From Candidatus Hermodarchaeota archaeon (lineage in GTDB: Archaea > Asgardarchaeota > Hermodarchaeia > Hermodarchaeales > Hermodarchaeaceae), in NCBI GenBank assembly GCA_016840065.1, contig JAEOTB010000050.1, forward strand, positions 1 to 33,355: a DNA stretch of 33,355 nucleotides, written 5' to 3'. A program made the position numbers and the translations under genes. Below, piece by piece: positions 1 through 9,250 of this stretch. How positions within the stretch are numbered: the first letter of the stretch is position 1; each line of letters opens with the position of its first letter. Below the pieces are notes generated by a model. It was not told the origin of the DNA. It searched no databases and saw only the letters and a program-made list of their open reading frames with translations.

Positions 1-377
1 AATGGAACCTGCATCGGGACCTCAAGCAAGAGCCCGAAAAGTACTGTCACTTTGCGGCTGCCTAATGTATGGGTGATCTGGAGTTCTTTGTTCTGGTAGT
101 GTCGCATAGACATGATGATTACGACCCAGTTGATAGAAAGGAAGATGAGGCTGGACAAAAACCAGAGATTGTGGTCAGTGACGCCATAGAGGTCAATGAG
201 GATTGGTATAATGGCAGCGACTATCACCAAGAGTCCGACTGTGACTACACTGCGAATCCGCGTTAGTTGGTAAGGGTTAACTTCGTTCCGGCGAGTTACA
301 CCGATGAGAGCGCCAAAGCCGACAAAGATACCAGAGATTTCAGCTATTGCAATAAGCAATCCAGAGTCTAGTGTCAT
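1..377 (-). CDS. Multi-pass membrane protein, hypothetical; 3' end runs off the window
   Basis: Not in the ORF track. Manual translation from ATG at 377 gives MTLDSGLLIAIAEISGIFVGFGALIGVTRRNEVNPYQLTRIRSVVTVGLLVIVAAIIPILIDLYG..., open to position 1 with several hydrophobic segments. Confidence 0.75.
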   Translation of the reverse strand, partial: MTLDSGLLIAIAEISGIFVGFGALIGVTRRNEVNPYQLTRIRSVVTVGLLVIVAAIIPILIDLYGVTDHNLWFLSSLIFLSINWVVIIMSMRHYQNKELQITHTLGSRKVTVLFGLLLEVPMQVP

Positions 378-480
378 GTTTCCGCCGCCAGCCAACCATT
401 GATTACTCCTTCCTTTTTTCGTTTGCTCTTCGATATCTGTCCCAAACTATTTTGTAGAGAAACCTTACCTGATAACGACA

Positions 481-1077
481 ATGCAAGCATTGGTCTTTAG
501 TGATCTCCACGCTGATAGAGGTGCTACCCAGAAAATCGCTGCGAAGTTAAGAGTAGCAGACTACGGATTTTGCCTAGGTGACCTCTCCCAGTGGGGACAA
601 GGTCTTGAAGCGACAGTAGATGCTCTAGATGTTGGTACACAGCTCTACGTTCTCCCAGGAAACCATGAAACAGAAAAAGAGATCGAGCAGGTATGCCGTG
701 AACGCCCCAATCTACACCCCTTACATGGCAAGCACATCTCTCTTGGCGGAGGCAACTTCGTGGGATTTGGTGGAGGTAGAGAGCGGGGCATCGGAAGGTT
801 CCTCCTCAGCAATCCAGAGGCAGAACAGATACTAGCTCAATTCAGGGGATTAACCAATCTCATTCTACTCACTCACACCCCACCCTTTGAAACCGCAGTG
901 GATTTGACTGGGGGAAACAAGCACATCGGGTCCCTACCCCTCCGCATGTTCATCCAAGAAGAGCAGCCGCATGTAATCTACTCGGGACATGTTCATGAAA
1001 GGAGAGGAACAACAGACAACCTAGGAGCCTCAAAGCTAGTTTCTGTAGGCGCAGAAGGCATTCTCATCGATTTGTAA
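481..1077 (+). CDS. Calcineurin-like metallophosphoesterase (Icc-related)
   Basis: Motifs SDLH, GD, PGNHE, HTPP and SGHVHE in the canonical order. Confidence 0.92.
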   Translation: MQALVFSDLHADRGATQKIAAKLRVADYGFCLGDLSQWGQGLEATVDALDVGTQLYVLPGNHETEKEIEQVCRERPNLHPLHGKHISLGGGNFVGFGGGRERGIGRFLLSNPEAEQILAQFRGLTNLILLTHTPPFETAVDLTGGNKHIGSLPLRMFIQEEQPHVIYSGHVHERRGTTDNLGASKLVSVGAEGILIDL

Positions 1078-1183
1078 AGCTAAGTTGGGGAACGAATAGA
1101 TTTTAAGCTGATATTCCCAGTAATGAATATAGAAAAGTCCGTCCCACACCATGGGGTATTGAAATAGATAAGGAGAACCTACA

Positions 1184-1396
1184 ATGAATGCTGAAGAAAG
1201 TGTACCGGCTGCATCCGAAGAGCTATGCCGGGTATGCCTGAAGCCCGTGACGACTGCTTTCAAATGCCAGGAATGCTACAGTGTTTTTCACAAAACGTGT
1301 ATTACCCACGAGAAGGGCAGGCTACGTAAGAAGAAGGTTTATGTTTGTAGCGTGTGTGGCCACTCATCCTCCTCTTTTGAAATGAGAGTGGGCTAG
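1184..1396 (+). CDS. Small stand-alone C4HC3 zinc finger, PHD-like
   Basis: C-x2-C-x9-C-x2-C-x4-H-x2-C-x15-C-x2-C, with F-x-C, F-H and Y-x-C; AGGAG upstream of the ATG. Confidence 0.75.
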   Translation: MNAEESVPAASEELCRVCLKPVTTAFKCQECYSVFHKTCITHEKGRLRKKKVYVCSVCGHSSSSFEMRVG

Positions 1397-1405
1397 ACGT
1401 CTTAC

Positions 1406-1460
1406 GAGTTATAGCTCCGCTGTGGGACCGTTAGCAAACCACAGAAACGAGTTATAACTC
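1406..1460. terminator. Long stem-loop between convergent genes, possible terminator
   Basis: GAGTTATAGCTC...CTGTGG-loop-CCACAG...GAGTTATAACTC can pair; it lies between the stops at 1396 (+) and 1452 (-) and overlaps the latter. Confidence 0.4.
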
Positions 1461-1934
1461 CCTCAGCTTTGCTGCCGCTTGTTTTATCAAATCAGAGGCA
1501 TGTGGTAATGTGGATGTAGAGAGGACCATTGCACGGTAGGCTGAAAAACGAGATTGCTCGATCCCGAGCTGTTCACACACTCTCTCAGCAAAGCCGGAAG
1601 TATCAGCACTAAACTTAGTCTCCACCACTACTTCAGCGAATTTCGTCATACTAATCCCGAGTTCACGTTCTCTAAGGGATTTTCCAAAGGATGACCTAAT
1701 GGTCTTCATGTACCCTCTCTTGTAAACCCGGACATAGACAAGGACCTTGAAGTCCCCTCTGGGCATCTGCTCTGTAACCATCCGAGCTTGCAGTGTTCGA
1801 TCATCCATGGAGGCAATCAGGGATCCACCCGTATCTTCTTTAACGTATTTCATACCGAGTTTATTACAGAACTTCTCAAACTTCTCAAGCGCCTTCGGAT
1901 ATGATGGAAACTCGAATACTAATTCCTTACGCAA
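1452..1934 (-). CDS. Hypothetical soluble protein
   Basis: 160-aa ORF with protein-like composition, TTG start with AGGTG upstream; no motif recognised. Confidence 0.7.
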   Translation of the reverse strand: MRKELVFEFPSYPKALEKFEKFCNKLGMKYVKEDTGGSLIASMDDRTLQARMVTEQMPRGDFKVLVYVRVYKRGYMKTIRSSFGKSLRERELGISMTKFAEVVVETKFSADTSGFAERVCEQLGIEQSRFSAYRAMVLSTSTLPHASDLIKQAAAKLREL

Positions 1935-2021
1935 GTCTAGACACCTTCTGAATCACAAATAGGTTTTTACGAATCCTTCCAACTAGGATAACTAGCAAAC
2001 AAGAGCTTAAGAGGATTACTC

Positions 2022-3635
2022 ATGAAGTTTCAGCGGATTAGGAGACAAGCTATTACTGCACTACTTGTTTTAATATTGGCAGTTATTTTCCTTCCATCCC
2101 CACAGCCGTCTTCAGCAGTGGATGGGACTCGTTCTTTCGACAAACCCGCAAGCACCTACACAGGACCAGCTACGGTCACCTGTTTCACCTCCCCTGATTC
2201 TAGCTGGGCTGTCCTGAGAGACCTCATGCGTAGCACTCAAAATGAGATGCTCATCTGCGTCTACTCCATCAGCAACGGCTTCCTCATCAACGAGGTAGAG
2301 AACGCCCTTGAACGCAACTCCTCCATGGAGATCAAGATCCTGGTCTCGTGGAAATGGGCTTCATCCGCAGAACGCACCTACACTAAGGGTGCTTTCTACA
2401 ACCTGAGCCAACACGCTGCCTTTGAGAACAACCTATGGCTCTTCTACTCAGAAGATACCGATCTTGAATTCACCCATGGAAAATATATGATCTATGACCG
2501 GGAAGTCCTCATCGTACAGAGCTGCAACTGGGCGAAAAGCGGTATACCCCCAAGGAATAGCACTGGCAATCGTGAATGGGGTGTAGCCATCCGCCAACCT
2601 GATGTCGTCAACTACTTCATGGATGTCTTCACCCACGATTGGCTCCTCCCCAACACTGAACCCTACACACCCAGCTCTGGTGATGCGTACACCTTTAGTA
2701 ATTATCAACCAGGAGGATCTTACACCGCACCCTTTCCAAGCCAAACAATATCTGATACGATGAGCATCCAATGTGTAGTCTCCCCAGACAACAGCGTAGA
2801 TACCATCCTTTCTCTGATCCGAAGTGCCACTAGTACTCTTCACATACAACAGATGTACATCAGAGAAACATGGGGTGCCACATATGCGAACCAGTTCCTC
2901 GACGAAATCATAAATGTCAGAAAACGTGGAGTCGACTGCCGAGTCATCATGGACATAAAAGATGACGAAAACATGGAAGTAGCTAACACACTATGGGCAG
3001 CAGGCGTAGCTGTCGCCTGGCAGGGAGAACACTGGGGAGCAACCGGCTATTGGATGCACAACAAGGGCATAATCGTTGATGATGAGAAAGTCTTCGTCTC
3101 ATCAATAAACTGGAGCAATTACTCAGTTTCCCAGAACCGAGAAGCTGGCGTCATAATCACTCACACAGGAGTTGCAGGGTTCTTCGCAAACGTCTTTCAA
3201 TGGGACTGGGAGCACGCACAACGATTTAGAGGACCGACATCGCCGGTTCTTGATGATGTTCGTGAACCTGACATAAACGGTGAGGTTGGGCTATTCTGGT
3301 CTGAGAGTACTCCCCTTGAAGGCTCCATAGATTATTACCAAATCCAAATGAGCTCCAGAGACACCTTCAATACAATCCTGGGAGTATGGGAAACGAATCA
3401 CTTACAGTACATCATACGTAGACTTGGGGCAGGCACCTATTACTTCCGGGTCCGCGCAGTCGATGAAAACGGACTATTCAGCCCCTGGAGCAACACCGAA
3501 AGCACCACAGTAGTACCTGGAAACGAGTTCCCTTTCCTAATACCCGGCTATCCCTGGGAAGCCATCCTCCTATCACTGGCTCTAGCTCTGGTACCCGTAC
3601 TGATAATACGAAGACGGAAGCATCGCTTTGCCTAA
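2022..3635 (+). CDS. Exported phospholipase D-family protein (two HKD motifs) with FN3-like domain and C-terminal IPGYP-TM-basic anchor
   Basis: HGKYMIYD...SCNW and HNKGIIVD...SINW; signal peptide; YYFRVRAVD...SPWS (FN3); IPGYPWEAILL...RRRK tail resembling archaeal PGF/Loki-CTERM sorting signals. Confidence 0.88.
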   Translation: MKFQRIRRQAITALLVLILAVIFLPSPQPSSAVDGTRSFDKPASTYTGPATVTCFTSPDSSWAVLRDLMRSTQNEMLICVYSISNGFLINEVENALERNSSMEIKILVSWKWASSAERTYTKGAFYNLSQHAAFENNLWLFYSEDTDLEFTHGKYMIYDREVLIVQSCNWAKSGIPPRNSTGNREWGVAIRQPDVVNYFMDVFTHDWLLPNTEPYTPSSGDAYTFSNYQPGGSYTAPFPSQTISDTMSIQCVVSPDNSVDTILSLIRSATSTLHIQQMYIRETWGATYANQFLDEIINVRKRGVDCRVIMDIKDDENMEVANTLWAAGVAVAWQGEHWGATGYWMHNKGIIVDDEKVFVSSINWSNYSVSQNREAGVIITHTGVAGFFANVFQWDWEHAQRFRGPTSPVLDDVREPDINGEVGLFWSESTPLEGSIDYYQIQMSSRDTFNTILGVWETNHLQYIIRRLGAGTYYFRVRAVDENGLFSPWSNTESTTVVPGNEFPFLIPGYPWEAILLSLALALVPVLIIRRRKHRFA

Positions 3636-3708
3636 TCAGGGAGAGTGTAGGGTAAAAGTTATGTTAGGGTAAATCTCCAACATCTTCCCTTGAAAGAGAT
3701 GTTCTGCC

Positions 3709-4251
3709 ATGTTGGAAGGTAAGAGAGTAACACTTCGTGGGCTAGAACTCACCGACGCTGAAGAAATCATCAAACACTTCAACGACCTTGAGATACGCCA
3801 GTTCTTGGGTGAATCAATACCTATTTCGAAACAGGAAGAAGAAGAGTGGATTCGTAACACTTGGAAAATGCGGCAGGAAGGTAAGGGACACATCTTCGGA
3901 ATCGAATTACACTCTAGCAGGAAACTGATCGGAACCTGCGGACTGGTAAGAATCAGCCCGATTCACCGTGGCGCTGAACTAGGCATAGCAATCATGGACA
4001 AGCAATACTGGGGGAAAGGCCTCGGCGTAGAAGCGCTACATCTGCTTCTCGACTACGCCTTTAACATCCTGAACCTACACCGGGTCTGGCTCGTGGTCAT
4101 CGAGGATAATGAACGGGCAATCCGCTCCTACCTGAAGGTGGGCTTCCAGCACACAGGACGGCTCAGACAGGCTGTCTACAAAGGAGGCATCTATAAAGAC
4201 TCACTCTTCATGGACATCCTCGCAGACGAATACGGCCAGAAACAAAGCTAG
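3709..4251 (+). CDS. GNAT N-acetyltransferase, RimJ/RimL family
   Basis: GKRVTLR, AELGIAI, YWGKGLG, LNLHRVWL, NERAIRSYLKVGF. Confidence 0.92.
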   Translation: MLEGKRVTLRGLELTDAEEIIKHFNDLEIRQFLGESIPISKQEEEEWIRNTWKMRQEGKGHIFGIELHSSRKLIGTCGLVRISPIHRGAELGIAIMDKQYWGKGLGVEALHLLLDYAFNILNLHRVWLVVIEDNERAIRSYLKVGFQHTGRLRQAVYKGGIYKDSLFMDILADEYGQKQS

Positions 4252-4377
4252 CGAAAAGGGATGTTGTATCCTAATAATTCGTGGAAAAATCAGAGTCTTC
4301 AGCTCACACTAAACGCTAAAAACCTATTAATTCATTAACACAACTATTCCTCGCTTTAAACTCTAGAGGATTGAGAT

Positions 4378-5631
4378 ATGGTCAAGTTGAAATATCATGA
4401 TGTTGCGGCTACTTTCCTTCTTACCATTTTTGTACTCGCACCATTTCTAGTTCAGCCTAGTATCATGCGGGATAACCATGCTCGGGTTGAAATCTCAGCG
4501 GAGGCACACACATATACAGTTACTCGGCGGCAAGCAGTCATAGATTTCATTGAACCCTTACAGATGTCAGACGGCAGCTTCATCGGTCGTCTTCATCACG
4601 CATGGGCATATGCTACAGGACTCAACAGTCTCTATACGAGTACTGTATTGGAGGCATTAAGTGGGACTAGTTCCATCAATGTGGATCAAGCAATCCAGTT
4701 CTTGGCAAGCTGTCAAGTCGCCCAAGGCGGCTTTACAGCTAATACTTGGACGATAAGTGTAACAACAACGGAAACTCACACCGCTGTAACACCTCTGTCC
4801 ATCTTTGGAGGTTTGTCATCGATTAACCAGGGTACATTGGCTAGTTGGTTAGAGTCACTCTATCGTAGCGACGGTGGCTTCGACCCATCCCCCTCCGAGT
4901 CTAGCGATGTAATCTGGGTCACATACGCTGCAGTAGAAACCCTTGCCTATATCGGTAGATTGGATTTGATTAGTTCATATCTGACCACGAATCGCATCCT
5001 TGAATACTATGACGCGGGTGGCGGGTTCAGTCTCCTGCCTGGTGATGTACCTTCAGGTCTTGGCACTTACTACGGTGTTAGTGTACTTGCCCAGCTAAAT
5101 GCTCTCCATCGCATTTCTTCTACTGACACTAAGAACTTCCTAATGACTTACTACAACCCGACTACCGGTATATTTCGCAATGACAACAGTGACAACTTCT
5201 ATTTCCTTGGTGCCCTCTACATTCTCAACAGATTAGAAGATGTGAATTCTACGGCTACGGTTGACTACATTCTCTCCTGTCAGAGCCACTTACAAGGCGG
5301 TTTTACTCTCGGCCCAAGTGAAGTTGGGCATTCCCCTTTTCAGGGTGCGTCGGAGTGTCGATACGCGGTGGAGTCATTACGGTTTCTGGGAGCCCTGGAC
5401 GCGTTGGACGCGGCGTTCACCGTTGACAACGAACCTGTCTGGACTGGGGATGACACACCTCCAACGACAACTACACCTCCACTCCCTCTAAGTAATGAAT
5501 TATTATTGGTTGGGTTATTAGTAGGTGCTATTGTGACTGTGTTCGTCACAGTTGTTTTGATTAATAAGTGGAGTACCCGTTCTAAAACTAGAAAACAGAA
5601 AGTAGTGAAACGGAAGAAACGAAAGAGATAG
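4378..5631 (+). CDS. Prenyltransferase/squalene-cyclase repeat protein, exported and C-terminally anchored
   Basis: Repeated (C)Q-x2-4-GGF / DGGF / DGSF motifs with helical spacers; N-terminal hydrophobic leader; Thr/Pro linker, TM and Lys/Arg tail. Confidence 0.8.
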   Translation: MVKLKYHDVAATFLLTIFVLAPFLVQPSIMRDNHARVEISAEAHTYTVTRRQAVIDFIEPLQMSDGSFIGRLHHAWAYATGLNSLYTSTVLEALSGTSSINVDQAIQFLASCQVAQGGFTANTWTISVTTTETHTAVTPLSIFGGLSSINQGTLASWLESLYRSDGGFDPSPSESSDVIWVTYAAVETLAYIGRLDLISSYLTTNRILEYYDAGGGFSLLPGDVPSGLGTYYGVSVLAQLNALHRISSTDTKNFLMTYYNPTTGIFRNDNSDNFYFLGALYILNRLEDVNSTATVDYILSCQSHLQGGFTLGPSEVGHSPFQGASECRYAVESLRFLGALDALDAAFTVDNEPVWTGDDTPPTTTTPPLPLSNELLLVGLLVGAIVTVFVTVVLINKWSTRSKTRKQKVVKRKKRKR

Positions 5632-5711
5632 GTCCGGGTTGAAATTACTGGTAGCGCGTGCGACTCTTTTTTCAAAGACTAGTTTTGCTGATTCTTTGAT
5701 TTAAGGTAGAC

Positions 5712-5954
5712 TAATTAGCACACTTGTCACCCTTGTTGTGAAGGTTTCTGGTCGAACTTCTACTCCTTGCTTGCAGAGCTGACAATCTCGAAAAGCCCCA
5801 CCCCAACAAACAAGAGGAGGATGAAGAACATGAAGCCAAAGAAAGCACCTGATACATACGGGATATTGTATGGGTTTTGAACGGACGCTACATCGATATG
5901 TACCTCTACGACATCCTCGCTGAAGAATTCAACCAGCACTTGGCAATAGGCTAA
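5712..5954 (+). pseudogene. Decayed RimJ/RimL GNAT remnant
   Basis: 5880-5954 reads NGRYIDMYLYDILAEEFNQHLAIG* versus NGRYWDIYVMDILANEFG in the 7650 GNAT. In-frame upstream QEEDEEHEAKEST* resembles KEDEEEWIRSTW. The central part is missing; the 5' boundary is approximate. Confidence 0.7.
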
Positions 5955-6029
5955 CTTAAACGTAGAATTGGTATAATACTAAAGGATCTACTAGAACCCT
6001 TTCACATTACAGGAATTGGATGTGATAAG

Positions 6030-7601
6030 ATGAAATTTAGGAAACTATTCACCCTCTTCACACTCACTCTACTACTTTTACCAATATTGAATGTGGGAAC
6101 ACCTCAGAGCCACACAACAGCAATCAAAGCTGAACCCCAGGTACTCACCTCAAAACCTTCACTAGCTACTTCCCTAGGTGAGGCACACAAGACACCCAGC
6201 CCCATTAGCTCTCCTTACACCATCCATAATATTTCTGCCAACACTATAGTTGATTTTATCTACTTTCCGTCCAATGGGATTGATGGCAACCAGTTCGCAT
6301 GGCAAGGCTTCGATGGAAACGATTTTGAAATCTTTTGGTACAACGGAACAGACACCATCCAGCTCACAAACAACTATTATGATGACGTTTCCCCATGGAT
6401 CCATGATGGACAAATAGTGTGGGTAGGAAACGATTCCGTTGACGATGAGATTTTCCATTTCAATGGCACTCACACGAACCAGCTCACAGACAACTGTGTC
6501 AACGAATTCTGGCCTCAAATCCACAACGGTCAAGCGGTCTGGGTATCATATGAACCTGACGAAGAAATCTACTTCTTCAATGGCACCCACACTATTCACA
6601 TCGGTTCAGGCTGGGATCCCCAAATCTATGATGGCCAAATAGTCTTTCGAGGTAACGATAGCCTTGATATCGAAATCTTCCTCTGCCCCAATCCCTCCAC
6701 TCCTACCCCAACCATCCTTAATATCTCGAGTAATAGCTTCTATGATGTATACCCCAGCCTTCACGACGGAAAGGTAGCCTGGATGGGTGAGGTATCAGGG
6801 AACGATTATGAAATCCTTTACTACGATGGAGCAACTACAGCTCCCATAACTGATAATGATGGCGATGATTACAATCCAAAGCTCCATGATGGTGAAATCG
6901 TCTGGTACAGCGAAGAGATTGGTGCCGACTATGAGGTTTTCCACTACAATGGCACTGATGTCAACCAGCTTACCGACAACGATGATGATGACAGGTACCC
7001 GTACATTCACGCGGGGCAGGTGGTATGGCAGCAGTACGACGGAAATGACTTTCAAATCCTCCTCTTCGATGGCATCGCCACCATCCAACTCACTAATCGC
7101 ACATTCTACGATGGGCATCCACGTATTCACGATGGATGGGTTGTCTGGGAAGGGGATGATGGACTTGATTACGAAATCTTTCTCGTGGTGACCGAAGACA
7201 TCTGGGCACCCGTGATTAACCATCCACCGGATCTGAGTTATGCGCTGGGTACAACTGGGCACAGCATCACCTGGCACGCAAGTGACTGGAATCCCACCGG
7301 CTTCAACATCACAGGCGACGGAACCCTCGTTGACCAGGACGCCTGGACGGGTGGTAGCCTCACGGTGGACATCGACGGTCTCATCGTTGGATTGCACAAC
7401 TATACCTGTACCGTGTGGGATGGAGCTATGGCATACGCCAGCGATACCGTACAAGTGTATGTGTATGAGACAACGATTCCTATACCTCCTCCTTTGGTAC
7501 CTCTAGCCTTCATGTGGGGTGCCCTCGTCATTGGGGCTGTCGTCGGATTAATCATCGGTCTCCTAGCTAGCTTGATATATCGCCGTACGAAAAAGACGTA
7601 G
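6030..7601 (+). CDS. Surface protein with about 40-aa beta-propeller-type repeats, Ig-like domain and C-terminal TM anchor
   Basis: Repeats of P.IHDGQIVW.G.DG.D.EIF.YNGT...QLTDN; signal peptide; Pro linker, TM and RRTKK; many N-x-T sequons. Confidence 0.82.
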   Translation: MKFRKLFTLFTLTLLLLPILNVGTPQSHTTAIKAEPQVLTSKPSLATSLGEAHKTPSPISSPYTIHNISANTIVDFIYFPSNGIDGNQFAWQGFDGNDFEIFWYNGTDTIQLTNNYYDDVSPWIHDGQIVWVGNDSVDDEIFHFNGTHTNQLTDNCVNEFWPQIHNGQAVWVSYEPDEEIYFFNGTHTIHIGSGWDPQIYDGQIVFRGNDSLDIEIFLCPNPSTPTPTILNISSNSFYDVYPSLHDGKVAWMGEVSGNDYEILYYDGATTAPITDNDGDDYNPKLHDGEIVWYSEEIGADYEVFHYNGTDVNQLTDNDDDDRYPYIHAGQVVWQQYDGNDFQILLFDGIATIQLTNRTFYDGHPRIHDGWVVWEGDDGLDYEIFLVVTEDIWAPVINHPPDLSYALGTTGHSITWHASDWNPTGFNITGDGTLVDQDAWTGGSLTVDIDGLIVGLHNYTCTVWDGAMAYASDTVQVYVYETTIPIPPPLVPLAFMWGALVIGAVVGLIIGLLASLIYRRTKKT

Positions 7602-7649
7602 TGATGAACTCCTGAGCTGTCCCTGACATGCAGCAGAGTGTGAACTCAC

Positions 7650-8180
7650 TTGATTCAAGGTAAACACGTTACCCTTCGCGGGCTTGAGCTAGAAGACGCC
7701 CCAGAGATCGCATTACACTATAATGACTGGGAGGTCCGCCGGTTCCTCAACAGGATTGCTCCGGTCTCAAAGGAGGATGAGGAGGAATGGATAAGGAGTA
7801 CCTGGGAACAGCGGCGTAAGGGTACAGGTTATGTCTTTGGCATCGAAGTGAACAAGTCTAGGCTCCTCATCGGATCCTGTGGCTTGCACTGGATGAGCGT
7901 AACTAATCGCAGCGCAGACTTTGGCATCGCCCTCTACAACAAAGCCCACTGGAACAAAGGATACGGCACCGAAGCCACCCAGCTTATTCTTGGCTACGGC
8001 TTCAACCAGCTTAATCTCCATCGGATCCACCTTACTGTTTTCGAATTCAACGAGCGGGCCCGGCATGTCTACGAGAAAGTCGGTTTCAAACATATCGGAC
8101 GCCACCGCCAGGCCCTCTTCCGTAACGGACGCTACTGGGACATATACGTCATGGATATTCTCGCAAACGAGTTCGGTTAG
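7650..8180 (+). CDS. GNAT N-acetyltransferase, RimJ/RimL family (paralog of 3709..4251)
   Basis: GKHVTLRGLEL, EEEWIRSTW, WNKGYGTEA, LNLHRI, NERARHVYEKVGF; collinear with the first GNAT. Confidence 0.92.
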   Translation: MIQGKHVTLRGLELEDAPEIALHYNDWEVRRFLNRIAPVSKEDEEEWIRSTWEQRRKGTGYVFGIEVNKSRLLIGSCGLHWMSVTNRSADFGIALYNKAHWNKGYGTEATQLILGYGFNQLNLHRIHLTVFEFNERARHVYEKVGFKHIGRHRQALFRNGRYWDIYVMDILANEFG

Positions 8181-8242
8181 AAATTCTAACAGCAAGAAAG
8201 ATTATAGCGGAAAAGGAAAGCTGTATACTTGGAGAGATTTTC

Positions 8243-9121
8243 ATGAGTTATGTGAAAGGCAAAAAGAACATCTTCTTCCTACTCGCCTGGTTCATCCTGG
8301 TCCAGGTGGGCGTAATATACATCCTACTAGTAGGAGGGGTATCATTCGGTACCATAATACTCGATGTATCCCTACTATCATACTTCCTATCCTATTACTA
8401 CATCTGGCCAATTCTTGGGACACTCTTCTGTATCCTAGTATTTCCAAGAATATTCAGTCCCCTCTTCATTAGAATAAAGCCGGTTTTCAGCCGCGGATTC
8501 AGGAACGCCTATCTAGACATAGCTTCCACACCCTTCAACCTCGGAAAATTCATTCTACGAGGATTCTCTATCTTTCTATTCTGTTTAGGCGTTGGTTCAT
8601 CCTTGATAACACTCTGGTTGTACAATAGCACTTGGCTAATTATAGTATTGGGGTTCTTACCCTTCTATTCGGATGCAGGGGGAATCATTAGCAGCATAGG
8701 GTTCTTCGAGCTCTACTTCCTCATCCTTCCAATAATCGTAGGAATCCTAGCTGTTGGCTGGGCTTTTGAAGACGCAGGCGTCATCCATTACAAGCTCCAG
8801 AAACAGGTTACACAAGAGTTCTTCGAGATACAGCCAATCCACCTCAAGTACCGCGACCTTATCCTAGGCTATGCCTCTCTATCTTCGGTATTCTACTTCG
8901 CTAGAAGTATCTATTACTACTGGATTACAGCACCCTGGGCACTCTATGAACCTTTCCTTATCTTCGTCTTCGGGTTCATGATCACCCTGCTAATGATTCC
9001 AGCCTACATAGTTTACGGGCTCGTGGGTACAAGGTATCTCAGAAAGAAGCTAGACGAAGTACAGCCAATCGCTGAAGGGCATCTAAAGAGAGGTAAGGTA
9101 CGGGCAGCCGCAGCGGATTAA
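8243..9121 (+). CDS. Multi-pass membrane protein, hypothetical
   Basis: About 6-7 hydrophobic segments; GGAG upstream. Confidence 0.75.
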   Translation: MSYVKGKKNIFFLLAWFILVQVGVIYILLVGGVSFGTIILDVSLLSYFLSYYYIWPILGTLFCILVFPRIFSPLFIRIKPVFSRGFRNAYLDIASTPFNLGKFILRGFSIFLFCLGVGSSLITLWLYNSTWLIIVLGFLPFYSDAGGIISSIGFFELYFLILPIIVGILAVGWAFEDAGVIHYKLQKQVTQEFFEIQPIHLKYRDLILGYASLSSVFYFARSIYYYWITAPWALYEPFLIFVFGFMITLLMIPAYIVYGLVGTRYLRKKLDEVQPIAEGHLKRGKVRAAAAD

Positions 9122-9250
9122 CCAAGGGTAAGAGTTACTTCTCGACAAAGTATAGGATAACAAGTCTACTGGGCACGCACAAAGGGAGTACCGAAGCTAT
9201 GCGGTTCAGTTTATAATGAAGAGACCACATACCTAAGTTGTTCTGTTGGG

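Noticed and set aside
69-266. 65-aa plus-strand ORF
   Set aside because: Antisense shadow of the minus-strand membrane protein at 1..377.
1184-1396. C1 (DAG-binding) or RINGv interpretation of the small zinc finger
   Set aside because: No N-terminal His or single terminal Cys as in C1; spacing and the missing Trp do not fit RINGv. Not fully excluded without structure comparison.
6174-7506. Several overlapping alternative ORFs (also those inside the ABC, PfkB, propeller, LRR and HEAT genes)
   Set aside because: Off-frame or antisense shadows of well-supported genes, with no motifs of their own.
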